DNA from: an uncultured Granulicella sp.
GTDB lineage: Bacteria; Acidobacteriota; Terriglobia; Terriglobales; Acidobacteriaceae
DNA length: 64,000 nt
Direction of reading: 5' to 3'
NCBI GenBank assembly: GCA_965214195.1
Contig: OZ243943.1
Coordinates: 1,271,776 to 1,335,775, forward strand
Both the position numbers and the translations under genes were made by a program. The notes under the pieces are model-generated. The model did no database searches. It was not told the DNA's origin and saw only the letters and a program-made list of their open reading frames with translations. Shown piece after piece: positions 9,937 to 19,089 of this stretch (its first letter is position 1; each line of letters starts with the position of its first letter).

Positions 9937-10105
9937 CTATAAAAGTCTAAGCGATCCCCGACCATCTCAAAAGGCCACTCAAATCTCTTGTCAAGCCCTC
10001 CAGGCTTGCAAGATGCGGCTAAGTGCATGCACCGCAGTCACTTACGGCTCAAAAATAGTTGGCATAATCACCCCTGGCCACCTGCTATGCTTAAAACAGT
10101 CAAGC

Positions 10106-10134
10106 AAAAAGGCCCCCGGCACCGGGAGCCTTTT
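10106..10134 (-). terminator. Intrinsic terminator of rlmN
   Basis: The minus strand reads GGCTCCCGG-TG-CCGGGGGCC-TTTTT, about 70 nt past the rlmN stop. Confidence 0.75.
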
Positions 10135-10149
10135 CCATTTGCAGCCTTC

Positions 10150-10213
10150 AAGTCCAGACCTAACTACCCTCGATTCAAGACTTTAGCCCCCACAGGTAGG
10201 GGGGCCTACCCCA
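10150..10213. repeat. Dispersed repeat (second copy at about 60315-60372), overlapping the rlmN stop codon
   Basis: gtccagacctaac...aagactttagcc..cacaggtagggggg here versus gtccagacttaac...aatactttagcc..tacaggggagggggg at 60315. Confidence 0.6.
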
Positions 10214-11465
10214 CCAGTTGCACTAGCTCCACCGGCGCAGCCTCAGCCTCCACCGTCCGCTTCAACTGCCCGCAAGCCGCATAGATATCGCGCCCGCGGG
10301 GCCTGCGCGTAAACGCCGGGATCCCCCCTGCGATCAGCAGCTTATGGAACCGGTCCGCTGACTCCTGCGTCGGCTGCTTGAACTCAGCTCCCGGCCCCGG
10401 ATTCCAGACGATCAGATTCACCTTCGCGTTCATCCCGCGCAGCAGCTTCAGCACTTCCGCCGCGTGCTCCGGCTGGTCGTTCACCCCGCCCAGCAGCACG
10501 TACTCAAAAGTCACATATTCACGCTTCGAGAAAGGAATCGCCTTCACCGCATCCAGCAGCGTCGCAATGTCCCACTTACGCGTGATCGGCATGATCGCCT
10601 CGCGCACCACGTCGTTGGACGCATTCAGCGACAACGCCAGCTTTGGCCGCACCGGTTCCAGCGCAAACCGCCTGATCCCCGGCTCAATCCCACTGGTGGA
10701 AACCGTCATCCTGGCTGCCGGGATCCCCATCTCCCCCGTCAAAATCCTCACCGAGTCCATAAAGGCGTCGTAGTTCAAAAACGGCTCGCCCATCCCCATG
10801 AAGACCAGGTTGATGCGATCCGGATTCCCGCGCCCGGGGCCCGTCCCCAGCTCCACCCCATGCCGGTTCAGCACCGCCGCAACCTGCCCTGCAATCTCAC
10901 CTGCGGTCAAATTCCGCCGAATCCCCAGCTTCGCCGTCAGGCAAAACTGGCAATTCACCGCGCAACCCACCTGGCTCGAAACACAAATCGTAGCCCGCTG
11001 GTATCGATTGTTGTCGTCCCGCTGCTCTTTCCCAACCAGCTTCTGAGCCCGGCCGCGAACGCTGGGTGCCCCATGCATCGCAGCTTCATCGCGATGACTG
11101 GGATCACTCAATTCTTCACCACCCGCGTCCGACCCATCGCCTCGTTCGCCACCGTCTCCACCCGGCATCCAAACCGTTTCAACCGTCTCCCCATCCGCCA
11201 GCCGGACCAGATAACGCTCGGTCCCATCGACACTCTTCGCCGTCTGCGCCAGTTCCGGCAGACCAACAGCAAAACCTTCCGCGGCCAGCCGTTCCCGCAC
11301 CGCCAGCGGCAGCGCCGTGATCTCTTCGACAGCCTGCACCCGCTGCCGGTATAGTCCATCCCCAAGCTGCACCGCGCGATACGCCGGCAGCCCCAACCCC
11401 GTCACCAGCGCGCGCAGGTCCGCAACCGACATCCCAAACAGCGCCTTGGTCGTACGCAAATCCAT
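10206..11465 (-). CDS. rlmN: 23S rRNA (adenine2503-C2)-methyltransferase RlmN, with an internal low-complexity/repeat insert
   Basis: SSQVGCAVNCQFC (CxxxCxxC), FMGMGEPF, SLNA, FEYVLLGGVND, VNLIVWNP and RGRDIYAACGQL. Confidence 0.95.
   Translation of the reverse strand: MDLRTTKALFGMSVADLRALVTGLGLPAYRAVQLGDGLYRQRVQAVEEITALPLAVRERLAAEGFAVGLPELAQTAKSVDGTERYLVRLADGETVETVWMPGGDGGERGDGSDAGGEELSDPSHRDEAAMHGAPSVRGRAQKLVGKEQRDDNNRYQRATICVSSQVGCAVNCQFCLTAKLGIRRNLTAGEIAGQVAAVLNRHGVELGTGPGRGNPDRINLVFMGMGEPFLNYDAFMDSVRILTGEMGIPAARMTVSTSGIEPGIRRFALEPVRPKLALSLNASNDVVREAIMPITRKWDIATLLDAVKAIPFSKREYVTFEYVLLGGVNDQPEHAAEVLKLLRGMNAKVNLIVWNPGPGAEFKQPTQESADRFHKLLIAGGIPAFTRRPRGRDIYAACGQLKRTVEAEAAPVELVQLVG
11064..11107. 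repeat. REP-like palindromic element inside rlmN
   Basis: gggtgccccatgcatcgcagcttcatcgcgatgactgggatcac matches intergenic 53141-53184 at 36/44 nt (manual alignment); related copies at 8976-9014 and 56397-56433. Confidence 0.8.
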
Positions 11466-11474
11466 ACTCTAAGT

Positions 11475-12485
11475 CTATTCCTTTGCCGCACCCGCGCGAG
11501 CCCCTTCACGCGCAAGTTGCAACGTATACCGCGTCGCCGAAAAATGAGCCCCCGCAAGCAGAATCAGCCCGGAGATAAACGCCCACATCATCAGCCCCAC
11601 AGCAGTCGCAAACGGACCATACACAGCACCAAAATCAAGCTTAGGCAGCAGCAGGATGTAGATGTATTTCGCCACTTCCCAGCTTAGCCCCACCACCACA
11701 GAAGTAGGCAAAACCGCCATCGCCGGAATCCGCCGGTTAGGCAGGATCCAGTAGATAAGGAAGAACATCAGGATCCCCGCCACAATCGCAAAGATCTCGA
11801 GCGCTCCACGCCCGATCCACTGCACAATCGTCCAGTCGTCATGGCCGAAAAAGACCCACTTCAACACGCTGTGCTGCCCCGCGGTCCCAGCGACAGACAC
11901 CAGCACCAGCAGCCCTACAGAAGCCGCCAGCCCCAGCGAAACCACCTGATTCTGCAGGTAGTTCCGATGCTTCTTCACTCCCCAGACTTCATTCAGCGCC
12001 ACTTCAAGCGGCAGAAAAACACCCGTAGAAGTGATCAGCAGCATAAACACTGAAAACAACTGCACCGCCCGATGCGGATGCACCAGCACCGCCATGTTGC
12101 GATAAACAAAGCTCCCACCCACCGGCAGCAGCGCCTCCAGCATGCCGCGCGTCGCATCCAGCATCGCCGCCACCTGCGTGGGCGAGTGGAAAACCTTCTG
12201 CGTAATCGTAAGGATCAGCACGATGAAAGGAAACAACGAAAAGATGACATTCGCCGCCACGCTGAACGCATATGTGTGCACCTCGGTGCCCGAAAGAAAC
12301 ACCAGCAACTCCTTCGTCGTAGGCCACCAACCCTCGGCATCAACCACCGGCTCGACATCCACCATCGGCGTTGCGCGCTCCTCCGCCATGCTCGGCTTGG
12401 CAGCCAGCGCGGGCGTCGCAACTTGCTCGGCCAGGCTACCGGTGCGCGCACGACGCAGCGCGGCTTGTGAAAACATCGACATCAA
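11475..12485 (-). CDS. YihY/virulence factor BrkB family membrane protein
   Basis: AFSVAANVIFSLFPF, FFLIYWILPN, AVYGPFATAVGLMMWAFISGLILLAGA; multiple TM segments. The true start may be downstream of 12485. Confidence 0.9.
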   Translation of the reverse strand: MMSMFSQAALRRARTGSLAEQVATPALAAKPSMAEERATPMVDVEPVVDAEGWWPTTKELLVFLSGTEVHTYAFSVAANVIFSLFPFIVLILTITQKVFHSPTQVAAMLDATRGMLEALLPVGGSFVYRNMAVLVHPHRAVQLFSVFMLLITSTGVFLPLEVALNEVWGVKKHRNYLQNQVVSLGLAASVGLLVLVSVAGTAGQHSVLKWVFFGHDDWTIVQWIGRGALEIFAIVAGILMFFLIYWILPNRRIPAMAVLPTSVVVGLSWEVAKYIYILLLPKLDFGAVYGPFATAVGLMMWAFISGLILLAGAHFSATRYTLQLAREGARAGAAKE

Positions 12486-13598
12486 TCACCCCTCATCCAA
12501 TGCTACCAACCCCAGCCGCCCCAGCGCCCAGCGAGCCGCCTCCGCCAGCACCTCATCGTCGCCCGCGGCCCACTCACTCAACCGCCGGCCAAACTGCACA
12601 TCGCCACGATTGCCCATCGCAATCGCCACATTACGCTGCACCCGCGCACGCTTCGTACGCTCCAGCGGAGACCCGGCAAACTCCCGCTTGAACTCCGCCG
12701 CATCCATCCCCGCAAGCCACTCGAGCGATGGATTCACCAGCTCATCCCGCCGCCGCAGCCCTGCAACATTGGCGATCGGCGCCTGCCGGTTCCACGGACA
12801 AACCTCCTGGCAGATGTCGCAGCCAAACACCTGCCGGCCCATCTTGCCGCGCAGTTCTTCGTCGATCGCGCCCTTCTTCTCAATCGTCAGATACGCGATG
12901 CACCTCGCCGCATCCATCTGCCGAGCGCCCACCAGCGCGTCCGTAGGGCACGCATCGATGCAGCGCGTACAGCTCCCACACCGGTCCGCAGCCGCAATCG
13001 TCAACTGCGCCGGTGCCTCCAGCGACGTCACAATCACCCCTAGCAGCAGCCACGATCCCTTGCCCTGGTTGATCACACACGTGTTCTTCCCTATCCAGCC
13101 GACGCCCGCCCGCGCAGCAAAATCCCGCTCCAGCAGCGGCCCCGTATCCACATAGCACTTGGTCCGGCAATCCTGCCGCGCCAACAACGCCGCCTCCAGC
13201 AACCGCAGCCGAGCCAGAAGGTCGTCATGATAATCAACCGCCCCACCATCCTCCTTACCGTTCCACGCATACCGCGCAATCCACCCGTCCCCACCGCCCG
13301 CCTCGTCGATCGATCGCGGCCCCGCAGCGTTATAGTTCATGGCACAAACCACCACGCTCCGCACCCACGGCAGCGCCACCCTCGCCGAGCGGCGCAACAG
13401 CTCCCCAGCCTCATCGCGACGCTTCAAATACTCCATCTCCCCGGCCCGCCCACGCTCAATCCAATCCGTAAAACGCTCCGCGGTCAGCACCCCTTCTGCG
13501 TCCTCCGCAGCCGGCGCCGGCGCCACCCCGCAGAGATCAAACCCAGCCTCCGCCGCCCGCAACCGCATCCACTCCACCGCTTTCAAATCCCACGCCAT
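12486..13598 (-). CDS. queG: tRNA epoxyqueuosine(34) reductase QueG
   Basis: IARYAW, DYHD, YVDTGPLLER, AGVGWIGKNT, CGSCTRCIDACPT, CIAYLTIE and FGCDICQEVCPWN. Confidence 0.95.
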   Translation of the reverse strand: MAWDLKAVEWMRLRAAEAGFDLCGVAPAPAAEDAEGVLTAERFTDWIERGRAGEMEYLKRRDEAGELLRRSARVALPWVRSVVVCAMNYNAAGPRSIDEAGGGDGWIARYAWNGKEDGGAVDYHDDLLARLRLLEAALLARQDCRTKCYVDTGPLLERDFAARAGVGWIGKNTCVINQGKGSWLLLGVIVTSLEAPAQLTIAAADRCGSCTRCIDACPTDALVGARQMDAARCIAYLTIEKKGAIDEELRGKMGRQVFGCDICQEVCPWNRQAPIANVAGLRRRDELVNPSLEWLAGMDAAEFKREFAGSPLERTKRARVQRNVAIAMGNRGDVQFGRRLSEWAAGDDEVLAEAARWALGRLGLVALDEG

Positions 13599-13632
13599 AC
13601 CCACAAGCTTATCGCCGCAAACGCAACCAGCA

Positions 13633-13661
13633 TTGAAGATTTAGCCCACACCCGCTAAACT
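13633..13661 (+). promoter_or_regulatory. Sigma-70-type promoter of tRNA-Ser
   Basis: TTGAAG-N17-TAAACT, 10 nt upstream of the tRNA. Confidence 0.7.
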
Positions 13662-13671
13662 GAAACCAAGC

Positions 13672-13764
<93 letters not shown>

Positions 13765-13789
13765 AACCCCTTCCAGAGCCCACCCTAAG

Positions 13790-14183
13790 ACGCGCTTACC
13801 TGAACGAGCTGCCCAGCGCGTGGCTGCTGGAGTGTGTTGCCGGCATGGTCGATCAAGGCGAAGGCGCCGAAGCGGCCGCACGCCGCGAGGTGAGCGAAGA
13901 GACCGGATGCGAAGTGCAGGAGCTTGAGTTGATCGGCGAATACATGACAAGCCCCGGCATCACGGACGAATATGTCAGCCTCTTCGTCGCCCGAGTCGAC
14001 GCCGCCAGGGCCGGTGGCGTGCATGGACTGGCGAGCGAAGCCGAGGACATTCGCACCTTCGTTCTGACCGCGGAGGACGGCGTTGCCGCCAGCAAGGATG
14101 GCCGTGTGCGCAACGCCATGTCGCAAATTGCGTTGCTGTGGTTTGCCCTGAACGGTAAGGACCTGCGGCAACGCTGGTCGTAG
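13790..14183 (+). pseudogene. 5'-truncated Nudix hydrolase (ADP-ribose pyrophosphatase NudF-like) fragment
   Basis: WLLECVAGMVDQGEGAEAAARREVSEETGC (intact Nudix box), TSPGITDE and EDIRT. The N-terminal part and a start codon are missing; the tracked ORF begins inside the tRNA. Confidence 0.75.
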
Positions 14184-14193
14184 CCGGACAGGG

Positions 14194-15084
14194 TCAGCTG
14201 CGTACAACACTCCCCGCGAGCTCCGTCAGGCAGCTCTTTGCGACCAGTTGATAGTGGATCTTGCCGCGGGCCTGTATGTCGCCGACCGTCACCGTGTCGC
14301 AAAACGCGAGATCGCTGCCGCCGAGGTCGACCGCAGTCCCTTCCGTCACCAGCACTTCATTCAGCACATGGCGCTTGCCGATCGCCGGCGCAAACAGGCT
14401 TTTGGCCGTACGCAGCAGTCCCTGACTGACTGACACGAGCGAAATAATAGAAGGCTGCTCCAGCCGCTGAATACGCTCGACATGCTCCGCGGCGAGCGAA
14501 TAAACGAAGCCAAGCGGCGGCCGGCCTGGCGACACCGCCGGCCTGGTCCGCTCCACCAGGTGCCTCGCAACCAGCACCTGCGCGCCGATGGCGAGGCCGG
14601 GTTCATCACCAAATTGAGCGGGCGAGCAGCCCTGCGTCGGCCAGCCCAGACCCTCTTCGATCTCTCGCCGAACGATTTCACGGAGGCCGGCTTCGCGCTC
14701 GACGACAAGGAGATGGTCGGCCGGCTCCAGCAGCAGCCGCTCGCGCACGCGCAGCCGCAGCGCCTGCAGGGGGTAGCCCATGGCACGCGCGCGCTGGATC
14801 GTTTCGTTGATCAGGTCGTCCAGATCGTGCGGCTTTTCCGCAGCTGCAACCCCGCCGACCACGAGCCGGCTGCCGGGCCGTCGCGTCACCCAGCCTCGAC
14901 GTACCAGCTCTCCGTAAGCCTCGCTGACAGTGTTGTGGTGGACCTTGCTCTGCCGTCCGAGCGCGCGCACGCTGGGTAGTTCCTCGCCCGCGTGGAGCTG
15001 CTCGGTCGTGATCAGGAAGACGATCTGCTCAGCAATCTGCTGCCGCAGGGGCACGTCGCTGTCTTTGCTCAGCATGATCTGCAT
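14194..15084 (-). CDS. GntR-family (YtrA-like) transcriptional regulator with C-terminal extension
   Basis: PLRQQIAEQI...GEELPSVRALGRQSKVHHNTVSEAYGELVRRG winged HTH. Confidence 0.85.
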   Translation of the reverse strand: MQIMLSKDSDVPLRQQIAEQIVFLITTEQLHAGEELPSVRALGRQSKVHHNTVSEAYGELVRRGWVTRRPGSRLVVGGVAAAEKPHDLDDLINETIQRARAMGYPLQALRLRVRERLLLEPADHLLVVEREAGLREIVRREIEEGLGWPTQGCSPAQFGDEPGLAIGAQVLVARHLVERTRPAVSPGRPPLGFVYSLAAEHVERIQRLEQPSIISLVSVSQGLLRTAKSLFAPAIGKRHVLNEVLVTEGTAVDLGGSDLAFCDTVTVGDIQARGKIHYQLVAKSCLTELAGSVVRS

Positions 15085-15109
15085 TGGGTTCCCCTGGCCT
15101 GCAGGTGGT

Positions 15110-15131
15110 GTGACAGTTACGAAACCGTCAC
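15110..15131. promoter_or_regulatory. Candidate operator palindrome between the divergent gntR and DUF2339 genes
   Basis: GTGACAGTTACGAAACCGTCAC is 18/22 self-complementary. Confidence 0.45.
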
Positions 15132-15198
15132 CCAGCCTTTACTGCTGTCGCATGTTTCTTCCTATTCTCCAACAAGGAAAGCTGTTCAGGAGAAAAGT

Positions 15199-18165
15199 AT
15201 GTACGTGGTCATCGGCGTAATTGCCATCATCGTTTTGCTTTACCTGCTTTCGCGGATGAAGATTGCGCTGGGCGCGGGCGACCGGATCGCGACGCTGGAG
15301 CTGCAGGTAGAGCGGCTGACGACGCGGTTGCTGGCGCTTGAAACGCGCGCGCCGGAAGCGGCCGTTGCAAAAGTGCCGGTGCCGCTTGCGAGGGAGCAGG
15401 CAGCGCCGCCGCCACCGGTACAGAGCGAAGCGACCGAGGTGGTAATAAGGCCGAAGAACATGGTGCCGGTCCCGCCCCCGGCGCCCCCGGTCCCGGCGCA
15501 GATCGCCGCGCGGGTAGCCGAGCCAATTGCGCAGGCTCGGATTGCGGAGACTATTCCTGCTCCGGAGCCCACCCCGGTACGGGTCTCAGTTCCGGCTCCG
15601 GACCCGGTCAAAGTTCACGTCTCGTTGGAAGAGCGCCTTGGCCACAACTGGCTCAACAAGCTTGGCATTGTGATCTTGGTGACCGGTCTGGTTCTGCTGC
15701 TGGGCTACCAGGTGCGCTCGCTGGGCGCGGCCGGCAAGAGCGCGCTTGGCCTGTTCCTTTCCGTCGCGATCCTGGCTACTGGCCTGGTGCTGGAGCGTCG
15801 CGAGCGGTACCAGGTATTCGGCCGGGCAGCCATCGGCGGGGGCTGGGCGCTGCTGTACTTCGTTACTTTCGGGCTGTTTCATGTGTCAGCGATGCAGGTG
15901 CTGCACTCGCAAGTAGTCGACCTGATCCTGGTGCTGGTAGTCGCGGCGGGCATGGTGCTGCACTCGCTGAAATACCGGTCACAGGTAGTCACCAGCCTGG
16001 CGTTTTTACTTGGCTTTTTCATCGTTGCGATCAGCCACGTCACCGTTTTCAGCCTGGTCGCCAGTGCGATCCTTGCCGCCGGCCTGGTGGTCGTCGCGTT
16101 CCGCCAGCGCTGGTTTGTGCTGCAGGTAAGCGGCCTGGTTGCCGTGTATCTGAACCATTTCCTTTGGCTGCACCGCCTGCTGCCGGACGGCGGACAGCCC
16201 GGCTACAGCTTTGCGGAGTTCCTGCCAAGCGTTTCGTCCCTGCTGTTCTATTGGCTGCTGTTCCGCGCTTTTTACATCTTCCGCGTGCCGGACAATGACC
16301 GCGACCGCGTCTGCTCAACCCTGAACGTGCTACTCAACTCCGCTGGGCTTCTGGGGCTGCTCAAGTACCAGTCGTCGCACCCTGAGTGGGCGTTCCGCAG
16401 CCTGCTCGCGCTGGGCGCAGTCGAGTTGGTGCTCGCGTTCGTCGCACGCCGGCGCTTTCACACTGGTTTTGTGGTGCTGGCGTCCATTGCTTCTGTACTG
16501 ATGCTCGCGGCGGTGCCGTTTCACTTCGCAGGGTCGAGCTGGTCACTTGGCTGGCTGCTTGAATCCGAGCTGCTGTTCGTCGCTGGCCTGTCGCTGCGCG
16601 AGACGGTGTTCCGCCGGCTCGGCATACTTTCCGCCTACGCTGCGGTAATGCACTTGCTCATCGTGGGAGCCTTCCCAGTCTTTGAATTGCGGCAGGCCGG
16701 GCCGGATGTCAGCCACCATCTGGGATTGACGATTGCCTTTGCCTGCGCCGCGCTGGCCAGCTGGTTCAACGCGGAATACGCTACGCGCCGCTGGTCGCAT
16801 GTCGCCGCTCTTGCGCTTGATGCGGCTGCTTTGCGCGGGCTCAGCTATCTCGCCGTCCTGTGCGCCGGCGTGGCGATATGGCTCGCTGTCCCTGGACAGC
16901 TTACGTTGCTGCCGTGGCTGGCGCTTGCGCTGCTGCTTGCGTTTGCGGCGGACAGGCTGCAGTCGAGCGACCTTGCCCAGCAGGCGGATGTGCTCGCTGT
17001 TGCTGCAGTCGCAAGGGCTGCGGCGATCAACTTCCCGCAGTGGGTCCAGCATCCAGGCTCGGCGCGGACGCTGATTTTGCTGGGCGCCGCTGCCCTGCTG
17101 TACGGGCAGATGCGTCGCAAGCAGCCGGCTCACGGTTTGCCGCAGCAGGCGATTGCCCCGGCTTACACCTGGGCTGGTGCGGCTCTGCTTGGCACGTTGG
17201 CCTGGTATGCGCTGCAGCCAGCGGCGGTCGCCATTGCATGGGCTGTGCTGGGAACAGTGCTGCTGGAGCTGGGGATCGCCGGGCGCAAAACCTACTTCCG
17301 GCAGCAAGGAGTGGCGCTCCTGGCCGCCAGCTTCGGCCGGCTCTTCTTCATCAATATCGCGCTCGATGGCGGACCGCGCCTGTACACCATTCTGCCGCTG
17401 GCGGTGCTCTTCGCCTGGGCCTATCAACGCCTCTACACCACAGGGCAGCCCACACCTTTCGATCGCATGGCTGGCGCGATGAACGCCTGGTTCGCACTCG
17501 GCACCACGGCCACGCTGCTGTACTTCAGCCTGCATCCGGCTTGGGTTTCGATTGGTGGCGCAGTGCTTGCCGTAGCGGTTCTGCTGCTGGCTCGCGTGCT
17601 GGGCCGGCCACTGTTCCGGGCACAAGCTATCGCGCTGGTGTTGGTGACGGTCGGCAGAACGCTCGCCTTCAACGTGCTCTCTGCGAGCCCGCTCACGTCC
17701 AGCTTCACGGGCAGCCGCATCTTTACCGTGGCCGTGACCTGTGCGCTGCTGCTCGCCGCGCTTCCGATTGCCTACACGCTTCGGCGGCAGACTATGCCGG
17801 AAAACGCCGCGCAGCCAGCCTGGTTTCACCACCTACTGGCGCACCCGGAACAGGTCTTCTTTTTCGCGACGCTCACGGTGCTGTTCGCTCTGGTCCCCGT
17901 GCAACTGCGCGCCGGCATGATGACGATCGGCTGGAGCGTGCTGGGCCTGCTTGCCTTCCTGTTCGCACTGACGGTCAGCGAACGCAGCTTTCGGCTTTCC
18001 GGCCTGGGATTGCTGCTGCTGGCCGTCGGCAAAGTCCTCACGGTCGACGTGTGGCAGGCATCGCCGATCGACCGGTACATCACGTTGATCGTCATGGGTG
18101 GCGTGCTGCTGCTCGTATCGTTCCTTTACTCTCGCTACCGCGAGCAAATCCTCGAACTGTTGTAA
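15199..18165 (+). CDS. DUF2339-like polytopic membrane protein
   Basis: AGGAG RBS before ATG 15199; N-terminal TM, coiled coil and Pro-rich linker, then SLEERLGHNWLNKLGIVILV and many TM helices, ending RYITLIVMGGVLLLVSFLYSRY. Confidence 0.8.
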   Translation: MYVVIGVIAIIVLLYLLSRMKIALGAGDRIATLELQVERLTTRLLALETRAPEAAVAKVPVPLAREQAAPPPPVQSEATEVVIRPKNMVPVPPPAPPVPAQIAARVAEPIAQARIAETIPAPEPTPVRVSVPAPDPVKVHVSLEERLGHNWLNKLGIVILVTGLVLLLGYQVRSLGAAGKSALGLFLSVAILATGLVLERRERYQVFGRAAIGGGWALLYFVTFGLFHVSAMQVLHSQVVDLILVLVVAAGMVLHSLKYRSQVVTSLAFLLGFFIVAISHVTVFSLVASAILAAGLVVVAFRQRWFVLQVSGLVAVYLNHFLWLHRLLPDGGQPGYSFAEFLPSVSSLLFYWLLFRAFYIFRVPDNDRDRVCSTLNVLLNSAGLLGLLKYQSSHPEWAFRSLLALGAVELVLAFVARRRFHTGFVVLASIASVLMLAAVPFHFAGSSWSLGWLLESELLFVAGLSLRETVFRRLGILSAYAAVMHLLIVGAFPVFELRQAGPDVSHHLGLTIAFACAALASWFNAEYATRRWSHVAALALDAAALRGLSYLAVLCAGVAIWLAVPGQLTLLPWLALALLLAFAADRLQSSDLAQQADVLAVAAVARAAAINFPQWVQHPGSARTLILLGAAALLYGQMRRKQPAHGLPQQAIAPAYTWAGAALLGTLAWYALQPAAVAIAWAVLGTVLLELGIAGRKTYFRQQGVALLAASFGRLFFINIALDGGPRLYTILPLAVLFAWAYQRLYTTGQPTPFDRMAGAMNAWFALGTTATLLYFSLHPAWVSIGGAVLAVAVLLLARVLGRPLFRAQAIALVLVTVGRTLAFNVLSASPLTSSFTGSRIFTVAVTCALLLAALPIAYTLRRQTMPENAAQPAWFHHLLAHPEQVFFFATLTVLFALVPVQLRAGMMTIGWSVLGLLAFLFALTVSERSFRLSGLGLLLLAVGKVLTVDVWQASPIDRYITLIVMGGVLLLVSFLYSRYREQILELL

Positions 18166-18177
18166 CCCGGAGCTCCT

Positions 18178-19089
18178 ATGAAGCCTTATCTTCCACTTGC
18201 CGTGTTGCTGAGCGCCGGCGTCGCAGCGATTGTGGCGGTTCAGCACCAGCACATCAACACGCAGCCAACTGTGCAGACTTTGCTCAGTGTCGCAGCAGAC
18301 GGGCAGTATGAGATGACCCGTCTGCCTGCCAGCCTCGACCGCATGAGCGATGCGGACGAGATTGCGATCGGCGACGAAACGGCGAGGCAAGCTGAAGCGT
18401 ACTTCGGCGCACATTCTTCCGGGTCTGCTGGTGCCGAGCAGGTTTATCTGCAGCAGGTGGGCTTGCGAGTCGCTGCGCGCGCTCGCCGCAAGATGCCGTG
18501 GAAGTTTCACTACATTGCGGACTCCGGCTTTGTGAACGCGTTCGCGCTGCCGGGCGGTCATGTGTTCGTGGGCGCGGGGCTGCTGCAGTTAATGCATAGC
18601 GAGGATGCGCTCGCGGCGGTGCTGGGGCATGAGATCGAGCATGTTGACCTGCGGCACTGCGCGGAGATGGCCCAGACGGAAGCGCATCTGCGGCACCTGG
18701 GTCCGCTCGCAGGGCTGCCGTTGGATCTTTTCGTGGCCGGCTACAGCAAGGAGCAGGAGCTGGCCGCCGATCGCGACGGCACCACCCTGGCCGTGCGCGC
18801 CGGATACAACTACAACGGCGCGCTGCAATTGTTCGACGAGTTCGCCCACATGGAAGCGGAGGACGAACCAGAAGCCGGCAAGGCTGCGGGGCCACTCGCG
18901 GAAGCTGCGAAGCTCTCGCTCAGCACTGCCAGCGGCTACCTGGCAAGTCACCCGCCCAGCAGCCAGCGCTCCCAGCGGCTGCGCGAGCAGGCCAGCGAGG
19001 ATCACTGGCCGACGCCGGCGTTGAGGCCGCTGCAGAATCAGAAGCCCCTGGGCGTCGAGACTGAGCTTGACTTGGCGTCCCCACCTTAG
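18178..19089 (+). CDS. M48-family zinc metallopeptidase
   Basis: NAFALPGG, LGHEIEH (HExxH), YSKEQELAAD and LASHP. Confidence 0.9.
   Translation: MKPYLPLAVLLSAGVAAIVAVQHQHINTQPTVQTLLSVAADGQYEMTRLPASLDRMSDADEIAIGDETARQAEAYFGAHSSGSAGAEQVYLQQVGLRVAARARRKMPWKFHYIADSGFVNAFALPGGHVFVGAGLLQLMHSEDALAAVLGHEIEHVDLRHCAEMAQTEAHLRHLGPLAGLPLDLFVAGYSKEQELAADRDGTTLAVRAGYNYNGALQLFDEFAHMEAEDEPEAGKAAGPLAEAAKLSLSTASGYLASHPPSSQRSQRLREQASEDHWPTPALRPLQNQKPLGVETELDLASPP

Noticed and set aside
9937-10105. Possible ncRNA between rluA and rlmN (includes TAAGTG-N13-CACTTA at 10020-10044)
   Set aside because: I could not fold it into any known RNA family; the nearby terminator is explained by rlmN, and a single short palindrome is insufficient evidence.
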